From positions 1 through 63,355 of the forward strand of contig JAVEEI010000134.1 of assembly GCA_030840525.1 (NCBI GenBank): a DNA stretch of 63,355 bases. The letters run 5' to 3'. The number at the start of each line of letters is the position of its first letter. The first letter of the stretch is position 1. Positions 35,572-43,901 of this stretch are shown here, piece by piece. The notes under the pieces were generated by a model, which saw only the letters and a program-made list of their open reading frames with translations, was not told the origin of the DNA and ran no database searches. The position numbers were made by a program, and so were the translations under genes. Source of the DNA: Frankiaceae bacterium (GTDB lineage: Bacteria > Actinomycetota > Actinomycetes > JAFAQI01).

Positions 35572-36284
35572 GTACGCCGATCGACCGCCGCCGCGCGGTG
35601 AAGCCGATCGACTGCTGGTGGACGGTCGCGGTCGTCGACCCGGTCGCCGTCCGGGTGCTGCCGTGGGTCGCCGGCCGGCGGTCGGTCACGCCCAACCGGA
35701 TCACGGCGGTCGCGTTCGTCGTCGGCTGCGTGAGCGTCGGGTTGTTCGCGACTGGGCATCTCGTCGCCGGCGCGCTGTGTTACGAGCTCCGCTTCTTCCT
35801 CGACTGCCTCGACGGCAAGCTCGCGCGGGTGCGGCAGGTGAGCTCGGCGTTCGGCGCCGCGTTCGACCGGCTCGCCGACAGCATCACGGTGCCGGCGGCC
35901 TACGCGGCGATCGGCTGGACGCTCGCGGAGCACCACGGCTGGTCGCACACGTGGGTGTTCGCGGTCGCGTTGATGGCCGCGATGGTGACGGTCTGCGAGC
36001 TGTCGCTGGAAGCGGCCAAGTCGTCGACCGGCCACGGCGCGGCGACGGCACCCGCACCCGCGTCGGGCGGGGTCGTCGGCTGGATGCGGGCGCACCGGCT
36101 CACCCTGCGGCCGTGGACCGTCGAGGCGGAGACGTTGGGCTTGTTTCTCGGGCCGTTGCTGGTGCGCGGCAGCACGCTCGCGCAGGTGCAGTGGGCGGTG
36201 GCGGCCGTCTACGTCGTCTTCGCCGCGGCCGACGTCATGCTCATGGCGCGGGTGTTCGGGTCGTCGACGAGGTCGAGCTCGTGA
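35568..36284 (+). CDS. CDP-alcohol phosphatidyl/phosphotransferase family membrane protein
   Basis: 238 aa. Perfect D-x2-DG-x2-AR-x8-G-x3-D-x3-D motif (DCLDGKLARVRQVSSAFGAAFDRLAD). GTG 35568 overlaps the GT4 stop. Confidence 0.85.
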   Translation: MSTPIDRRRAVKPIDCWWTVAVVDPVAVRVLPWVAGRRSVTPNRITAVAFVVGCVSVGLFATGHLVAGALCYELRFFLDCLDGKLARVRQVSSAFGAAFDRLADSITVPAAYAAIGWTLAEHHGWSHTWVFAVALMAAMVTVCELSLEAAKSSTGHGAATAPAPASGGVVGWMRAHRLTLRPWTVEAETLGLFLGPLLVRGSTLAQVQWAVAAVYVVFAAADVMLMARVFGSSTRSSS

Positions 36285-37606
36285 GGCGTGCCGTCGTCGC
36301 CGTGCACCGCGCCGCGGCCGACCATGACCGCGACCCAGACGCAGCCGACGAGCTGCGCCACGGCCCAGCACCAGCCGACCGCGTCGATGCCCCACGACCG
36401 CAGGAAGACGGCCGAGCCGCCGACCGCGATTGCCGCGACGACGAAGTTCAGCGTCGCGACCTCGACCAGGCGATGCTGCGCGTTGCGCACGCCGACGTAG
36501 CAGTTGGTCACCGCGTCGGCCAGCGCGCCGACCGCGAAGATGCGCAGCAGCATCGTCCCGTGCGCGGCGTACTCGTGCCCGAACAGCGACAGGATGCGGC
36601 CGGCGAGGACCAGCATCACCGCGGTCAACGGGACCAGGACGAGGGCCATGGTCTTCGCGGCGAGCTTGCTCTGCCGGCGCAGGTCCTCGCGGTGCGAGCC
36701 TTCGGCAAACAGCGCCAGCCCGATCGAGGTCGACACCGTGAACAGGATCCCGGCGATCGACCAGGTGAAGTAGACGTACGCGTTCTGCCGGGTGCCGAGC
36801 AGGCCGATCACCAAGGCCGGGAACAGGAACGGCGGCAGCGAGGCGCCGAGCGATCCGACCTGGTAGCCGAGCATCGTGTGCCGGTGCACGAACAGCCGGC
36901 GCAGGCCGGAGCGGCGTGGCACCGCGAGGTGCATGCCGAGCCGTTCGAGCAGCACGACCGCGAGGATGGCCGACGCGAACAGCGCGGCGTCCCACGTCCA
37001 GAGGATGCTCGCCGCGCCGGGCCGGCGCAGCACCAGGACGGGCCCGACCAGCAGCGCCATCTTCACGACCGCGAACGCCAAATTGCGGCCGAACTGCCCG
37101 CTGCTGCGCCGCAGCGCGACGAAGCACCCGTCGAGCGCGACGCCCGTCGTACTCAGGCCGCAACCGGCGACGAACGCGGCCGCGATCGACGGCTGCCGCA
37201 GCTCGTGGAAGTGCGGCGCCCACGTCGGCAACAGCAGCACCACGAGCACGCCGGCGACGACACTCGCGGCGGTCGTCGTGACCAGCCCGCTGGAGAAGAA
37301 CTGGTCGAGCTCGGACCGGTCGGTGAAGCGCGGCAGCATCCGGACGTACGCCGGCGCCACCCCGAGGCTGAACACGAAACCCACGAGGGTGAACGTGCTG
37401 ATCGCGCCGGCCGCGAACCCGACGCTCGCGCTCGACCAGTGGTGCGCCGCGATCAACCAGTACGCATAACCCAGGGCCGACGTCATCACCGTCGTACCCA
37501 TCAGGAAGCCGCTGTTGCGCAGCAGCGACAGCCGCATCGCCGCGCGCAGCGGGCCGAGCGGCGCCGGCCGGGCACGCCGCTGTCGCGACGATGCTCGCGG
37601 CGACAT
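36209..37606 (-). CDS. second MOP-superfamily flippase (Wzx-like)
   Basis: 465 aa from ATG 37606 (RBS GAGGGAG), multi-TM. The 3' end overlaps the convergent CDP-alcohol transferase gene by 76 nt. Confidence 0.78.
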   Translation of the reverse strand: MSPRASSRQRRARPAPLGPLRAAMRLSLLRNSGFLMGTTVMTSALGYAYWLIAAHHWSSASVGFAAGAISTFTLVGFVFSLGVAPAYVRMLPRFTDRSELDQFFSSGLVTTTAASVVAGVLVVLLLPTWAPHFHELRQPSIAAAFVAGCGLSTTGVALDGCFVALRRSSGQFGRNLAFAVVKMALLVGPVLVLRRPGAASILWTWDAALFASAILAVVLLERLGMHLAVPRRSGLRRLFVHRHTMLGYQVGSLGASLPPFLFPALVIGLLGTRQNAYVYFTWSIAGILFTVSTSIGLALFAEGSHREDLRRQSKLAAKTMALVLVPLTAVMLVLAGRILSLFGHEYAAHGTMLLRIFAVGALADAVTNCYVGVRNAQHRLVEVATLNFVVAAIAVGGSAVFLRSWGIDAVGWCWAVAQLVGCVWVAVMVGRGAVHGDDGTPHELDLVDDPNTRAMSMTSAAAKTT

Positions 37607-37665
37607 GCGGTGCTCCCTCGGGCGGCGTTGGCTGGGCTGGGCTGCGACGGGCTGGGGGGCGGAGC

Positions 37666-38898
37666 ATGAGTACGAACCCGCCAGTTGATACGGCGGTATC
37701 GTCCTCCGTGTCCGTCTTCCCGACAAGAGGGGTTACCGGCGCAGACGGCTCTTCCTTACGCAGCTACTGCGTCGTCGGTTCCGGCTGGGCGTTCACCAGC
37801 GGCCTGAGCTACTACACGTGCCGGCTCGCGCACGCCTTCGCCGAACAGCACCGCACGTCGGTGATCTTGATGCGCCGGCTCATCCCGCGAGTGTTCTACC
37901 CGGGCCGCGACCGCGTCGGCCAGCCGGTCAACAACCTCGACTACGGCGACCACGTCCCGGTCTTCGACGGCATCGACTGGTGGTGGCTGCCGTCGCTGTG
38001 GCGGGCCGCCCGGTTCCTGCGCGCGCAGCGGCCCGACGTGCTCGTCCTGCAGTGGTGGACCGCCGCGGTCGCGCACAGCTACCTCGTGCTCGCCGTCGTC
38101 GCGCGCCGGCTCGGCGCGACCGTCGTCGTCGAGTTCCACGAGACGGCAGACACCGGCGAGAGCCGGCTGCCGCTCGTCGGGCGGTACGTGCGCCTGATCG
38201 GCCGCGCGATCTTCCGCCGGTGCGACGGCATCGTCGTGCACTCCGAGTTCGACCGGGCGGAGGTCGCGGCGCACTACCCGGTCGGCGACCTGCCGGTGCG
38301 GGTCGCGCCGCACGGGCCGTTCGACCATCACGTGGCCGGCGAGCCCGCCGCAAGCACCGAGAGCCGCGAGACCGACGACTTCACCGTGCTGTTCTTCGGC
38401 ACCATCCGGCCGTACAAAGGCCTAGAGCACCTCGTCGAGGCGTTCGACTCCCTCGACGACGACACCGTCGCCGCGATGCGGTTGGTCGTCGTCGGCGAGC
38501 CGTGGGAGGGCTGGACCCGGCCGCTCGAACTCATCGCCGCGAGCCGGCACCGCGACCGGATCACCTTGGTCGACCGGTACGTGCACGACGACGAGGTCGC
38601 GTCGTTCTTCGCGCAGGCGGACGCGGTCGCGCTGCCCTACCTGCGCTCCTCCGCGAGCGGGCCGCTGCACATCGCGATGGCCGCCGGCCTTCCCGTCGTA
38701 CTGACCGACGTCGGCGGGCTGCGCGCCGCCGCCGGCGACTACGAAGGTGTCGTGTGGGTGCCGCCGGCCGACCCCGGCGCGTTGCGTACGGCGCTGTCGC
38801 AGTTGCTGTCGCGACGCGGCGAGCGGTACGCCGACCCGCGGTCCTGGGCCGACACGGTCACGGCGTACGACGAGCTCGCGCGCGAGGCCGGCCGCTGA
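37666..38898 (+). CDS. GT4-like glycosyltransferase
   Basis: 410 aa with GT-B architecture (FFGTIRPYKGLEHLV). No canonical E-x7-E. Confidence 0.8.
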   Translation: MSTNPPVDTAVSSSVSVFPTRGVTGADGSSLRSYCVVGSGWAFTSGLSYYTCRLAHAFAEQHRTSVILMRRLIPRVFYPGRDRVGQPVNNLDYGDHVPVFDGIDWWWLPSLWRAARFLRAQRPDVLVLQWWTAAVAHSYLVLAVVARRLGATVVVEFHETADTGESRLPLVGRYVRLIGRAIFRRCDGIVVHSEFDRAEVAAHYPVGDLPVRVAPHGPFDHHVAGEPAASTESRETDDFTVLFFGTIRPYKGLEHLVEAFDSLDDDTVAAMRLVVVGEPWEGWTRPLELIAASRHRDRITLVDRYVHDDEVASFFAQADAVALPYLRSSASGPLHIAMAAGLPVVLTDVGGLRAAAGDYEGVVWVPPADPGALRTALSQLLSRRGERYADPRSWADTVTAYDELAREAGR

Positions 38899-39971
38899 TG
38901 CGGGTCGCCGTCGTCGCGCCCAACTACGCGCCGGTCGTCGGCGGCGTCGAGACCGTCGTCACGCACGTGGCCCGAGCACTCGTCGAGCGCGGCTGCACCG
39001 TCGAGGTCTGGACGCATCGCCGCGCCGGCCTTCCGGCGTACGAGGTCGACGAGGGTGTCGTCGTGCGGCGGTTCGCGACGACGCGGTCGGCGCGCTACCC
39101 GCTGTCGCCGTCGCTGTGGTCGCACCCGCGGCGGGCGGCGCGCGGGTTCGACGTCGTGCATGCGCACAGCTATCACTCGACCGCGGCGCTCGGCGCGGCG
39201 CTGGCCCGCACGCCGGTGCCGCTCGTCGTCACGCCGCACTACCACGGCGTCGGGCACACCCGCGCGGCCCGGCTGATGCACGTCGGCTACCGGCCGCTCG
39301 GCGCGCGCCTGCTCACTCGCGCCGCCGCCGTCGTCGCGGTGTCGGCAGCCGAGGAAGCCTTGCTACGCAACGACTTTCCGGTGTTGGCGGCGACGACCTG
39401 CGTCGTGCCGAACGGCGCCGACACCGCTGCGATCGCCGCCGCCGAGCCGTGGCCGGGGGCGGCGCCGACCGTGCTCGTCGCGGGCCGGCTCGAGCCGTAC
39501 AAACGGGTCGACCGCGTCGTCGCGGCGTTCGACCGCTGCACCGCTCCCGGGCGCGTCGTCGTCGTCGGCGACGGGCCGGACCGGCAGCGGCTTGAGCGGC
39601 TCGCCTCCGGGGCGCGGCGCGCCCGCGACGTCGCGTTCCTCGGCCGGGTGCCGGACGGCGACCTGGCGCGCTGGCTGCGGACCGCGCGCGCCGTCGTCTC
39701 GCTGTCGGCGCACGAGGCGTTCGGTCTCGTCGCGGCGGAAGGAGTCGCGGCCGGTGCGGTCGCGGTGCTGTCCGACATCCCCGCGCACCGCGAGGTCGCG
39801 GCGATGCTCGGTACGGCGGCGAGAGTGGTCGCGGCCGACGACATCGCGGCGGTGACCGCTGCCATCGACGCGGCGTTGACGACTCCGAACGAAGGCCCGC
39901 GAGCCGTACGGAGTTGGGACGACGTCGCGGCCGACTACCTCGCGCTCTACGAGCGCGTCGTCACCAGGTGA
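38898..39971 (+). CDS. GT4 glycosyltransferase
   Basis: 357 aa. MRVAVVAPNYAPVVGGVE and E-x7-E (EAFGLVAAE). TGATG overlap with the upstream gene. Confidence 0.87.
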   Translation: MRVAVVAPNYAPVVGGVETVVTHVARALVERGCTVEVWTHRRAGLPAYEVDEGVVVRRFATTRSARYPLSPSLWSHPRRAARGFDVVHAHSYHSTAALGAALARTPVPLVVTPHYHGVGHTRAARLMHVGYRPLGARLLTRAAAVVAVSAAEEALLRNDFPVLAATTCVVPNGADTAAIAAAEPWPGAAPTVLVAGRLEPYKRVDRVVAAFDRCTAPGRVVVVGDGPDRQRLERLASGARRARDVAFLGRVPDGDLARWLRTARAVVSLSAHEAFGLVAAEGVAAGAVAVLSDIPAHREVAAMLGTAARVVAADDIAAVTAAIDAALTTPNEGPRAVRSWDDVAADYLALYERVVTR

Positions 39972-41550
39972 TGGCGGTGTCGTCGTAGCAGGCGCGGCCG
40001 GACTCGTACGGCGCCTTCAGGTGCACCTGCACGGTGCTCGCGCCGGCCGGCGCGGTCGCGCTGACGGTGAGCGGCTGCCAGACGTTCGACGCGTCGGCTC
40101 GCGGCGACTCGGCCTGGCCGAGGTACTGGCCGGCGCTGCCGAACCACGCGAGCGCGACCCGCTCCGCACCGGTGGGAACGATCCGGTCGACGTACGTCGT
40201 GACGGTGAACCGCTCGCCCGCGGTGAGCACCGGCAGCTTCTGCATGACCGACGGCACCGCGGTCGCGCGCCCGCCGGTGCCGCTGAAGCACACCGCCTGC
40301 AGGCCGGTGCGGACGATGTCGCCCGCGACCTGGCCGGCGCCGTCCGCGGTGTCGTACGGCGTCCATGCGCCGAGCCGCGCGCCACCGTTGTTGGTCTCGC
40401 GCTCGAACCCGCCGTCGAGGTCGTTGTCGACGGTGCCGGCGAAGCTCTCCCGCACCACGTCGGCGGCCGGCTTCCACGTCCCGTCGAGGCGGCGCAGGCC
40501 GTAGTGGTACTCGTTCGTCCCCGGTGAGTTGGGGATCGCGGCGGCGGCGAAGTCGTTGAGCGTCCACGGCGCCGCGGGCGGCAGGCCGAGCGCCGCCGTC
40601 GTACGTCCGAGCACCCGGTAGAACCGTGCTTGCGCCTCTTCGCCGGCCGCGCCGTCCGGCGTGCTGAGACCGGCTTCGCCGACGATGACCGGCCGGCCGC
40701 CAGCGACGGCTTGCGCCTGCCGCAGCACGTCCGCCGCGCCGGACGCGTCGCCGTAGTAGTGCACGTCCACGACATCGATCGACGACGGCGCGAGATCCGC
40801 GAGCAGCGTGGCGATCCCGTTAGCTCCGGTGCTGCCCGCGACGGTCAGCGTGCGCGGTACACCGGGCAGCACGTCGGCGAGGTAGGGCAGCAAGGTGTTC
40901 GCCCAGCCGACCGCGCTCGCGTTGCCGACCGGCAACTCGTTCTGCAGCTCGACCAGCGCGAGCGTCGGGTTGTCGGCCTGGCCGGCGAGCAGGCTGCGCA
41001 ACCATGCCTCGGACCCGGCGACGTCGGCGTACGAGCTCCACCAGTCGAACAGCGTCAGCTGCACGCTGAGACCGGCCGCGCGCGCCGTCGCGAGCAGGTC
41101 GCGGAAGTTGGCCAGCATCGCGGCGCTGACGGTGGGGTAGCCGACCGCGCTCGGCTGCACGATGACGCGCACGGCGTTACCGCCGAGTGACGCGATCGCC
41201 TGCATGTCGGCCGCAGTCTGCGCGTGCGAGTAGTGCGTCCACATCAACGTCCAGCCGTTGGCGGCCGGGTAGTAGTTGACCAGCCGCAGCTGGCTCACCG
41301 GGACGCGGGCAGCGGTGGTCGCAGTCGCGGTCGTGCTTGAGCGCAGGAACAGCCCGGTGCGCTGGCTGATCGTCGTGCGGCTCGCCGCGAGCGCGTCGGT
41401 CACGCCGACGGTGCCGACGGCGACGATGGCGGCGGCGAGCAGGGCGCGCAGCACGCGTCGCCGTGGCACCACCGTGTCTCCCACGCGCGAAGTTTCGTCC
41501 GGAAGTCGTGCGAACTGAGGCGAATCGGCGCGAAATGGCCAAATGATCAT
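39961..41550 (-). CDS. secreted clan GH-A (GH5-like) glycoside hydrolase with C-terminal CBM4/9-like carbohydrate-binding module
   Basis: Tat-like PRRRVLRALLAAA signal. ELQNELP (acid/base region) and VIVGEAG (nucleophile region). C-terminal NDLDGGFE...W module. The start is uncertain (ATG 41550 or downstream GTGs). Confidence 0.75.
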   Translation of the reverse strand: MIIWPFRADSPQFARLPDETSRVGDTVVPRRRVLRALLAAAIVAVGTVGVTDALAASRTTISQRTGLFLRSSTTATATTAARVPVSQLRLVNYYPAANGWTLMWTHYSHAQTAADMQAIASLGGNAVRVIVQPSAVGYPTVSAAMLANFRDLLATARAAGLSVQLTLFDWWSSYADVAGSEAWLRSLLAGQADNPTLALVELQNELPVGNASAVGWANTLLPYLADVLPGVPRTLTVAGSTGANGIATLLADLAPSSIDVVDVHYYGDASGAADVLRQAQAVAGGRPVIVGEAGLSTPDGAAGEEAQARFYRVLGRTTAALGLPPAAPWTLNDFAAAAIPNSPGTNEYHYGLRRLDGTWKPAADVVRESFAGTVDNDLDGGFERETNNGGARLGAWTPYDTADGAGQVAGDIVRTGLQAVCFSGTGGRATAVPSVMQKLPVLTAGERFTVTTYVDRIVPTGAERVALAWFGSAGQYLGQAESPRADASNVWQPLTVSATAPAGASTVQVHLKAPYESGRACYDDTAITW

Positions 41551-41630
41551 TCCGATGGGCTAGCGGCGGTAGTCACCGCGCGGCGCGGCGACCGATAACC
41601 TCACCGCGTGCGTGTCGGGGCCGGCCTCCG

Positions 41631-42368
41631 GTGATCGGGCTCGTCCTCGCGGCCGGTGCCGGTCGCCGGCTCGCGCCCCTCACCGACGACCTGCCGAAGG
41701 CGCTCGTCCCCGTCCTCGGCGACACGACGTCGATCCTCGACGTCACGGTGGCGCACTTCGCCGCGGCGGGCCTCGATCGCGTCGTCATCGTCACGGGGCA
41801 CGCGGCGGACCGGGTCGCCGCGCGGGTGCCCGCATGGACGTCGGCGTACGCCGGCCTGTCGGTCGAGCTGGTGCACAACGACCACGCGCTCGACTGGAAC
41901 AACGCGTACTCGTTGTGGTGCGCGCGCGAGCACTACCGCGCCGGCGCGTTGCTGTGCAACGGCGACACGTTGCACCCGCTCGGCGTGCAGCGACAGTTGC
42001 TCGACGTGCGCGGCGACAGTGTGTGCCTCGCGGTCGACCGGCACAAGACGCTCGGCGAGGAGGAGATGAAGGTCCAGCTCGACGCCGCCGGCCGGCTACG
42101 GCGGATCAGCAAGCGGCTCGACCCCGCGACGGCGGACGGCGAGTACATCGGCGTGACCTCGATCCCGCCCGGTGCCGCGGCCGCGTTGACCGCGGCGCTG
42201 GAGACGACATGGCGGCGCGACCCGCAGCTCTACTACGAGGACGCGTACCAAGAGCTCGTCGACACCGGCACCGACGTGACGACGGCCGACATCGGCGTCG
42301 TCGAGTGGACCGAGGTCGACGACCACACCGACCTCGCCCGGGCCCGGGAAATCGCATGCCGCTACTGA
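41631..42368 (+). CDS. LicC/IPCT-like nucleotidyl(cytidylyl)transferase (NTP_transf_3)
   Basis: 245 aa. LAAGAGRRLAPLT...PKALV N-terminus, NNAYSLW, and EVDDHTDL near the C-terminus. Confidence 0.82.
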   Translation: MIGLVLAAGAGRRLAPLTDDLPKALVPVLGDTTSILDVTVAHFAAAGLDRVVIVTGHAADRVAARVPAWTSAYAGLSVELVHNDHALDWNNAYSLWCAREHYRAGALLCNGDTLHPLGVQRQLLDVRGDSVCLAVDRHKTLGEEEMKVQLDAAGRLRRISKRLDPATADGEYIGVTSIPPGAAAALTAALETTWRRDPQLYYEDAYQELVDTGTDVTTADIGVVEWTEVDDHTDLARAREIACRY

Positions 42369-43429
42369 CGCGCATGGTCGGCGTGCCGTTGCTCGTCGAC
42401 ATCAGGCCCGGCGCGGTCGACGCACTCGCGCCACTTCTCGCCGACCACCGCATCTCGTCCGGCGGCCGGGTCGCCGTCGCGGTCGGGCCCGGCCAGGGCG
42501 AGGCGATCGCGCAACGGCTGGCCGGCGCGCTGCCGCACGCGCAGGTCGTGCACGTCGACGGCGGCACGCTCGCGGCCGGCCAGGCGCTCGCGACGACACT
42601 GCGCGGCGACTTCTTCGACGCGGTCGTCGGCATCGGCGGCGGCCGGTTGCTCGACACCGTCAAGTGGTCGGCGACCCTCACGGGGCTGCCGATGGTCGCG
42701 GTCGCCACCAACCTCGCGCACGACGGCATCGCCTCGCCGGTCGCGTCGCTGGAAGACGAAGGCCGCAAGGGCTCGTACGGCGTGCAGCTCCCGGTCGCGG
42801 TCGTCGTGGATCTCGACTACGTGCGGCAGTCGCCGGCGCGGATGCGGCGCAGCGGAATCGGCGACGCGGTCAGCAACCTCTCGGCCATCGCCGACTGGGA
42901 GCTGGCGCGTGCGAAGCGCGGCGAGACCGTCGACGGCATCGCCGTCACGCTCGCCCGTACCGCCGCGCTCGCGGTGCTCGACCATCCCGGCACGATCGAC
43001 GACGACGAGTTCCTCGTCGTGCTCGCCGAGGCGCTCGTGCTGTCCGGGCTCGCGATGGCGGTCGCCGGTACCAGCCGCCCGTGCAGCGGTGGCGACCACG
43101 AGATCCTGCACGCGGTCAACCATCTGTACCCGGCGGCCGGCAACCACGGCGAGCTCGCCGGCATCGGCGCGCTGTTCTGCACGTGGCTGCGCGACGACTC
43201 CGGGCTGGCCGCGCGGCTGTCGGCCTGCCTCGCCCGGCACGGCCTGCCGCGCACCCCCGCGGAGGTCGGCCTCACCGACGACGAGTTCGCCGCTGCCGTG
43301 TCATACGCACCGCGCACCCGGCCCGACCGCTACACCGTGCTCGAACATCTCGACCTCGACGACGCGGCGGTGCGCGACCGCGTCGCGTCGTACGTCGCCT
43401 TCTGCGACGTACCCTCGCGAGGTGCATGA
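42356..43429 (+). CDS. sn-glycerol-1-phosphate dehydrogenase-like Fe/Zn-ADH superfamily protein (EgsA/AraM type)
   Basis: 357 aa. GIGGGRLLDTVK, ATNLAHDGIASP, GIGDAVSN..DWELA and TSRPCSGGDHEILH motifs. Overlaps the upstream gene by 13 nt; alternative ATG at 42374. Confidence 0.72.
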   Translation: MPLLTRMVGVPLLVDIRPGAVDALAPLLADHRISSGGRVAVAVGPGQGEAIAQRLAGALPHAQVVHVDGGTLAAGQALATTLRGDFFDAVVGIGGGRLLDTVKWSATLTGLPMVAVATNLAHDGIASPVASLEDEGRKGSYGVQLPVAVVVDLDYVRQSPARMRRSGIGDAVSNLSAIADWELARAKRGETVDGIAVTLARTAALAVLDHPGTIDDDEFLVVLAEALVLSGLAMAVAGTSRPCSGGDHEILHAVNHLYPAAGNHGELAGIGALFCTWLRDDSGLAARLSACLARHGLPRTPAEVGLTDDEFAAAVSYAPRTRPDRYTVLEHLDLDDAAVRDRVASYVAFCDVPSRGA

Positions 43430-43901
43430 GCTGCTGGTGCCGTTCGCCGACTTCATCGGGACGTGGGAAGGCGAAGGGGTCGGTGGCTACCCGACCCTCG
43501 ACGCGGACTTCCCGTTCCGCGAGCGGATCGTGATCGCCGACTACGGCAAGCCGGTTCTGCAGTTCAGCAGCGAGTCGTGGAGCGTCGACGACGGCCGGCC
43601 GCTGGCCCGGCAGTCCGGGTTCTGGCGGCCGACCTCGGCGACCGAGCTCGAGGTCGTGCTCGTCGTCGCGTCCGGGTTCGCCGAGATCCTCTACGGCGGC
43701 CTCGTCAGCGGCCCGGCCGGCGTGCACGTCGAGCTGGCGACCGATGTCGTCGCCCGCACCGTCACCGCGAAGGAAGTCACCGCGGAGAGGCGGATGTACG
43801 CCGTGCGCGCGGGCAAGCTGATGTACGCCGTCGACATGGCCGCCGTCGGGCACGAGCTGGCGCCGCACCTGTCCGCGGCGCTCGACCGGGTCAGCGGCTG
43901 A
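43422..43901 (+). CDS. nitrobindin/FABP-like beta-barrel (DUF1794) protein
   Basis: 159 aa with GTWEGEGVGGYPT and GKPVLQFSSESW motifs. GTG 43422 overlaps the upstream gene by 8 nt. Confidence 0.72.
   Translation: MHELLVPFADFIGTWEGEGVGGYPTLDADFPFRERIVIADYGKPVLQFSSESWSVDDGRPLARQSGFWRPTSATELEVVLVVASGFAEILYGGLVSGPAGVHVELATDVVARTVTAKEVTAERRMYAVRAGKLMYAVDMAAVGHELAPHLSAALDRVSG

Noticed and set aside
39961-39971. Short convergent overlaps (39961-39971 GT4/GH5; 43891-43901 nitrobindin/GGDEF-EAL) as possible mis-annotated ends.
   Set aside because: 11-nt overlaps of convergent stops are common in compact high-GC genomes, and both partners have well-supported C-terminal motifs.
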